NCBI GenBank assembly: GCA_038257035.1
Contig: JBBSJT010000017.1
Coordinates: 1-27,551, forward strand
Origin: Chlamydiia bacterium
GTDB taxonomy: Bacteria; Chlamydiota; Chlamydiia; Chlamydiales; Parachlamydiaceae
DNA: 27,551 bases
Reading direction: 5' to 3'
Below, in pieces: positions 24,578 to 27,551 of this stretch; the first letter of the stretch is position 1; each line of letters opens with the position of its first letter. A program made the translations under genes and the position numbers. The notes beneath the pieces are model-generated. The model did no database searches. It worked only from the letters and a program-made list of their open reading frames with translations, and was not told the DNA's origin.

Positions 24578-24759
24578 ATAAAGCAGGCCTACAGCCTGCA
24601 ATCTAACATACTTATACCTAGGGCGTTGCCCTAGGCTTTCATAAACCAGGGCTTCGCCCTGAGGAACCGTTTTACCAGGCTGAAGGCCTGATTTATATAA
24701 GCCTAGGGCAACGCCCTAGGTGTTAATATATTATGTCGCAGGCTGTAGGCCTGCTTTAT
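24578..24759. repeat. Composite REP/REPIN-like palindrome (family D): six small hairpins arranged as one large inverted repeat
   Basis: Perfect 22-bp IR 24578-24599/24738-24759, perfect 23-bp IR 24616-24638/24699-24721, imperfect IR 24641-24661/24676-24696. Confidence 0.9.
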
Positions 24760-25004
24760 GTAAATTTAAATTTTGAAATATCTTTTCTATTCTAATAGTG
24801 AAAATAATTTTAATATAACTTATTAATCCTCATGCTTACTGCTTATTTTAACAATTTCTTAACACAAATCACACCTAATTAACCAGTTAAAAAATAATTT
24901 TACGCTTGCATGTAATTAGATTTTTGCATAACATCTATTACAACATTTCAAAAATCTAAATTTAGAAATGAAAATAATTATTAAAAAAACTCTTAAAGGA
25001 TATT

Positions 25005-25949
25005 ATGTCATCAATAATAAATAATTTAGATTATAACGCAAGACTAGCGCCATCACTTGAAGTGAAATTAAATGAAAAGGTCCCACAAAATTATGACCCG
25101 GAACATATTCTTCGAGCTGTTTTACCGCTTTTAGCTTCTGTTCCTCTGTTATCACTTGGCTTACAAATGTATGCCGGCTGCTCTAATTCTATGGCTGCAA
25201 TGGAAGTTCTAGAAAAAAGAGTCGACTGTACTTTCGAAAATGAAGCTTATTGCGTATTACAAATTGCTTCTTTAGCTTTATTATTTTTTAATCCTGTAGC
25301 TGTTTCAATCATTGAGCAGACAAGAGGGATTTACCATAACACACTAAATTGCAAAAATAACATCGTTGATGGGCAATATAAAAATGCTTTAATTCATACT
25401 GCATTTATTGCAAAAAATGTTGTTTACATAGCATCTGTTGTTACTGGTGGACCGAATCTTATTTTAATTTCAATGGTGTCACAAGGTGTTTTTGAACTTT
25501 ATAAATCAAAACAGTTTTTTAATAAAGGCATGTATCTTGAAGCTCTTGTACAATCCGTTATGGCTGTATCAAGAGGATCGATGATTGTGAAAACTCACCA
25601 AAAAGAAATTACAGAATCTTTTGAGAGTTTTAAAACACAATTTTCAAAATTAGGGACAGTTGGCTACAAGTCAAAAGCCGCTGATCTTTATGCAGATTAT
25701 GCTTATACGAATCGCGAAGGTGTTCATATTGCGAACTATAGCGACGGAACAGTTGTTGAATCTCGGTTTTATTGGGGTACTGGCTCTATGGGCTATCAAA
25801 TTTGGAATAATAAAATAACTTCTGAATTTGGCAGTTCAAACTCAATTTACGAGGATCGTACTATTTTCGGAAGAATAACATGTTATTATAATGATAGAAA
25901 AATAATAACTGATGATTTATATGGTACTCAACATATTCATATTTACTAG
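25005..25949 (+). CDS. Hypothetical membrane-associated protein (effector/Inc-like)
   Basis: 314-aa ORF, AAGGA RBS, Ser/Asn-rich N-terminus, several hydrophobic segments, Tyr/Gly-rich C-terminus. Confidence 0.75.
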   Translation: MSSIINNLDYNARLAPSLEVKLNEKVPQNYDPEHILRAVLPLLASVPLLSLGLQMYAGCSNSMAAMEVLEKRVDCTFENEAYCVLQIASLALLFFNPVAVSIIEQTRGIYHNTLNCKNNIVDGQYKNALIHTAFIAKNVVYIASVVTGGPNLILISMVSQGVFELYKSKQFFNKGMYLEALVQSVMAVSRGSMIVKTHQKEITESFESFKTQFSKLGTVGYKSKAADLYADYAYTNREGVHIANYSDGTVVESRFYWGTGSMGYQIWNNKITSEFGSSNSIYEDRTIFGRITCYYNDRKIITDDLYGTQHIHIY

Positions 25950-26073
25950 TTTTGTTTTAATAAGACTTGAAATAGTGGATTTACCAAAACCGCTCCGCGG
26001 TTTAGGACACCTCATCTAAATTAATAAGTACTATACTTGCCTTTCACGGTTAAATTCACGAATTCCTTGTTCT

Positions 26074-26154
26074 CATCACGGAGTGATGGCGCATAGGTAG
26101 CCGGTGGTGAAACCACCGGTAAAATTAAATATTCTCGCACCACAAAAGTGGTGC
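26074..26154 (+). repeat. REP-like hairpin cluster (family E) with GTAG tetranucleotide
   Basis: CATCAC-GGA-GTGATG; GTAG immediately before CCGGTGGT-GAA-ACCACCGG; GCACCAC-AAAA-GTGGTGC. Confidence 0.7.
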
Positions 26155-26181
26155 AACATAAGTTGTTAAAACCTTATTAAT

Positions 26182-26214
26182 CTTAATAGAATCTTAACAA
26201 TTAGGATATATAAT
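26182..26214 (+). promoter_or_regulatory. Tandem CTTAA box (11-bp period) plus consensus -10
   Basis: CTTAATAGA-AT-CTTAACAAT-N7-TATAAT upstream of the ORF at 26241. Confidence 0.55.
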
Positions 26215-26240
26215 TATCCCTTATTAATTAAGGAAAATTA

Positions 26241-27476
26241 ATGTCTATTCAATCAATTTCAAGATTTATTCCTGAGTATAAACAAATAAAAGCAGCTACA
26301 GAAACAGTAGTGACAACAACCAGTGAAGTAGCAATTGGCATTTTTTCAACAACACTTTACTACGGAATTGAAAATCTACCGTCTTTAATTTATTATTCCA
26401 TTCATGTAGTTCAACCCGCTTGGATTGCAAACATAACACACAGTGACAATGCTTTAAGTGGTGCAATCTGGGGAGTTATTACCTCCGGGGGCATGATTGC
26501 TTTGGGCAATTTATCAGGTTATTCCAGCAACACCGACTCTGCCATTCAATTCATACAATTTATAGCAGCTGTTGCAACGATTACAGAACTTTGCCTTGTC
26601 ATCTTGTGCCCTCCAAGCCTGACCGTTCAACTCACTGTTAAAGGGATTGTTCTTTTTTCAAGTGTTGTTGGAAATTGCCGTACCATTCATAAAGGCTGCA
26701 TGAAAATTCATGAAGGAATTTATGGTAAAAACCTAAAAACAAGTGAAAAAGTAAGCCGTGTAGTTTTAGGTTTATTTTCTGTCGGACTTGGGATTTCAGG
26801 ATCGATTGCTACAGTTAAAACTGCAGTAAAACTTGTAGATGGCCTTAAAGTTTATCAAACATTGGATGAAACTCAAAAATTTTATGCGCTTAAATATCAA
26901 GGACTGGCAAGTCTTGGACAAGCTAAAACCCAAAAAGCTATCATTATTAATGGATGTAGTAGCGAATGGGCAGAACCAGAGAACTATTACTACGATAATA
27001 TACCCGATCATGAAACCTATGTCATTTACAAAAATTATGAAACAAGAGTTTATGAAGTCACTTCAACAGAAGATTTTTCAGCTGTTTTTGACAGGGCTAC
27101 GAAGGATATGGGTGGCAAACTTGATTTAGTCTGCCTTGATGGTCACTCTAATCATATGACAATGGATCTTAATAAAGACTATACTTTTAAAGCTAACAAA
27201 ATTGAAATGTCTGCTATCCGTAGAAACATCAAGGAAGATGGGGACGTTCTTCTCTGGGGCTGCCGTACCGCCGAATATAACAAGGGCATTCCTTCTATAG
27301 CAGAAAGAGTCTCAAAAATGCTGCCCACAAACAAAGTCACCGGGTTTATCGAAAATCTTTACTCTTGTCGTTCTTGGGCATGGTATGATGACAAACTATG
27401 CGTCAAGGCATGGGATAGATGGGATTTATCATCGATCGTTAAAGTCTTTAAAAACGGCACCCCCATCGCCGCATAA
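26241..27476 (+). CDS. Hypothetical membrane-anchored protein with C-terminal His/Cys (clan CD/DUF4347-like) domain
   Basis: 411-aa ORF, AAGGA RBS, hydrophobic N-terminal half; LDLVCLDGHSN and DVLLWGCRTA motifs. Confidence 0.75.
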   Translation: MSIQSISRFIPEYKQIKAATETVVTTTSEVAIGIFSTTLYYGIENLPSLIYYSIHVVQPAWIANITHSDNALSGAIWGVITSGGMIALGNLSGYSSNTDSAIQFIQFIAAVATITELCLVILCPPSLTVQLTVKGIVLFSSVVGNCRTIHKGCMKIHEGIYGKNLKTSEKVSRVVLGLFSVGLGISGSIATVKTAVKLVDGLKVYQTLDETQKFYALKYQGLASLGQAKTQKAIIINGCSSEWAEPENYYYDNIPDHETYVIYKNYETRVYEVTSTEDFSAVFDRATKDMGGKLDLVCLDGHSNHMTMDLNKDYTFKANKIEMSAIRRNIKEDGDVLLWGCRTAEYNKGIPSIAERVSKMLPTNKVTGFIENLYSCRSWAWYDDKLCVKAWDRWDLSSIVKVFKNGTPIAA

Positions 27477-27497
27477 TCAATCGTAATCCTAGTCATG

Positions 27498-27551
27498 TTT
27501 TTTTACAGGATACGCACGATCGCTACGCGGCACGATGAGCAGGATAATATC
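27498..27551. repeat. Left arm of a family-A palindromic element, truncated by the window end
   Basis: TTTTTTTACAGGATACGCACGATCGCTACGCGGCACGATGAGCAGGATAATATC resembles the reverse complement of 1-65 and the left arm at 4663-4727. Confidence 0.85.

Noticed and set aside
24578..24759. CRISPR array
   Set aside because: Units are inverted and nested rather than direct repeats with unique spacers of constant length; no cas genes

Overview
AT-rich bacterial chromosomal window, most likely from an environmental chlamydia (Parachlamydiales-like). This is inferred from the style of EF-P, EpmA, GroEL and enolase and from the effector-like orphans; no database search was run. Left to right: an orphan XRE/HigA-like HTH gene; an Ala/Gly-rich secreted-type orphan; a copper cluster (TolC-like lipoprotein, two-domain multicopper oxidase and a convergent CopA ATPase, interrupted by a BON-MscS gene between 17-bp direct repeats); efp-epmA; a PAP2/vanadium-haloperoxidase-like gene; CIRCE-controlled groES-groEL; an FmdB zinc ribbon; a GxxExxY nuclease-family gene; three unusual genes (tandem DEDDh exonuclease, Clp-type ATPase with a degenerate first AAA module, ~1190-aa papain-motif protein), each carrying an NLS-like basic motif; enolase; and two membrane-associated orphans, one with a His/Cys caspase-fold-like dyad. 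The intergenic DNA is rich in long palindromes of several families, and both window ends fall inside one of them. Best candidates for undescribed biology: (i) GxxExxY with T-tract/A-tract-capped palindromes as a possible mobile repeat system, (ii) a possible nucleus-targeted effector trio, (iii) a PmrA-box-like promoter motif in front of the effector-like orphans.
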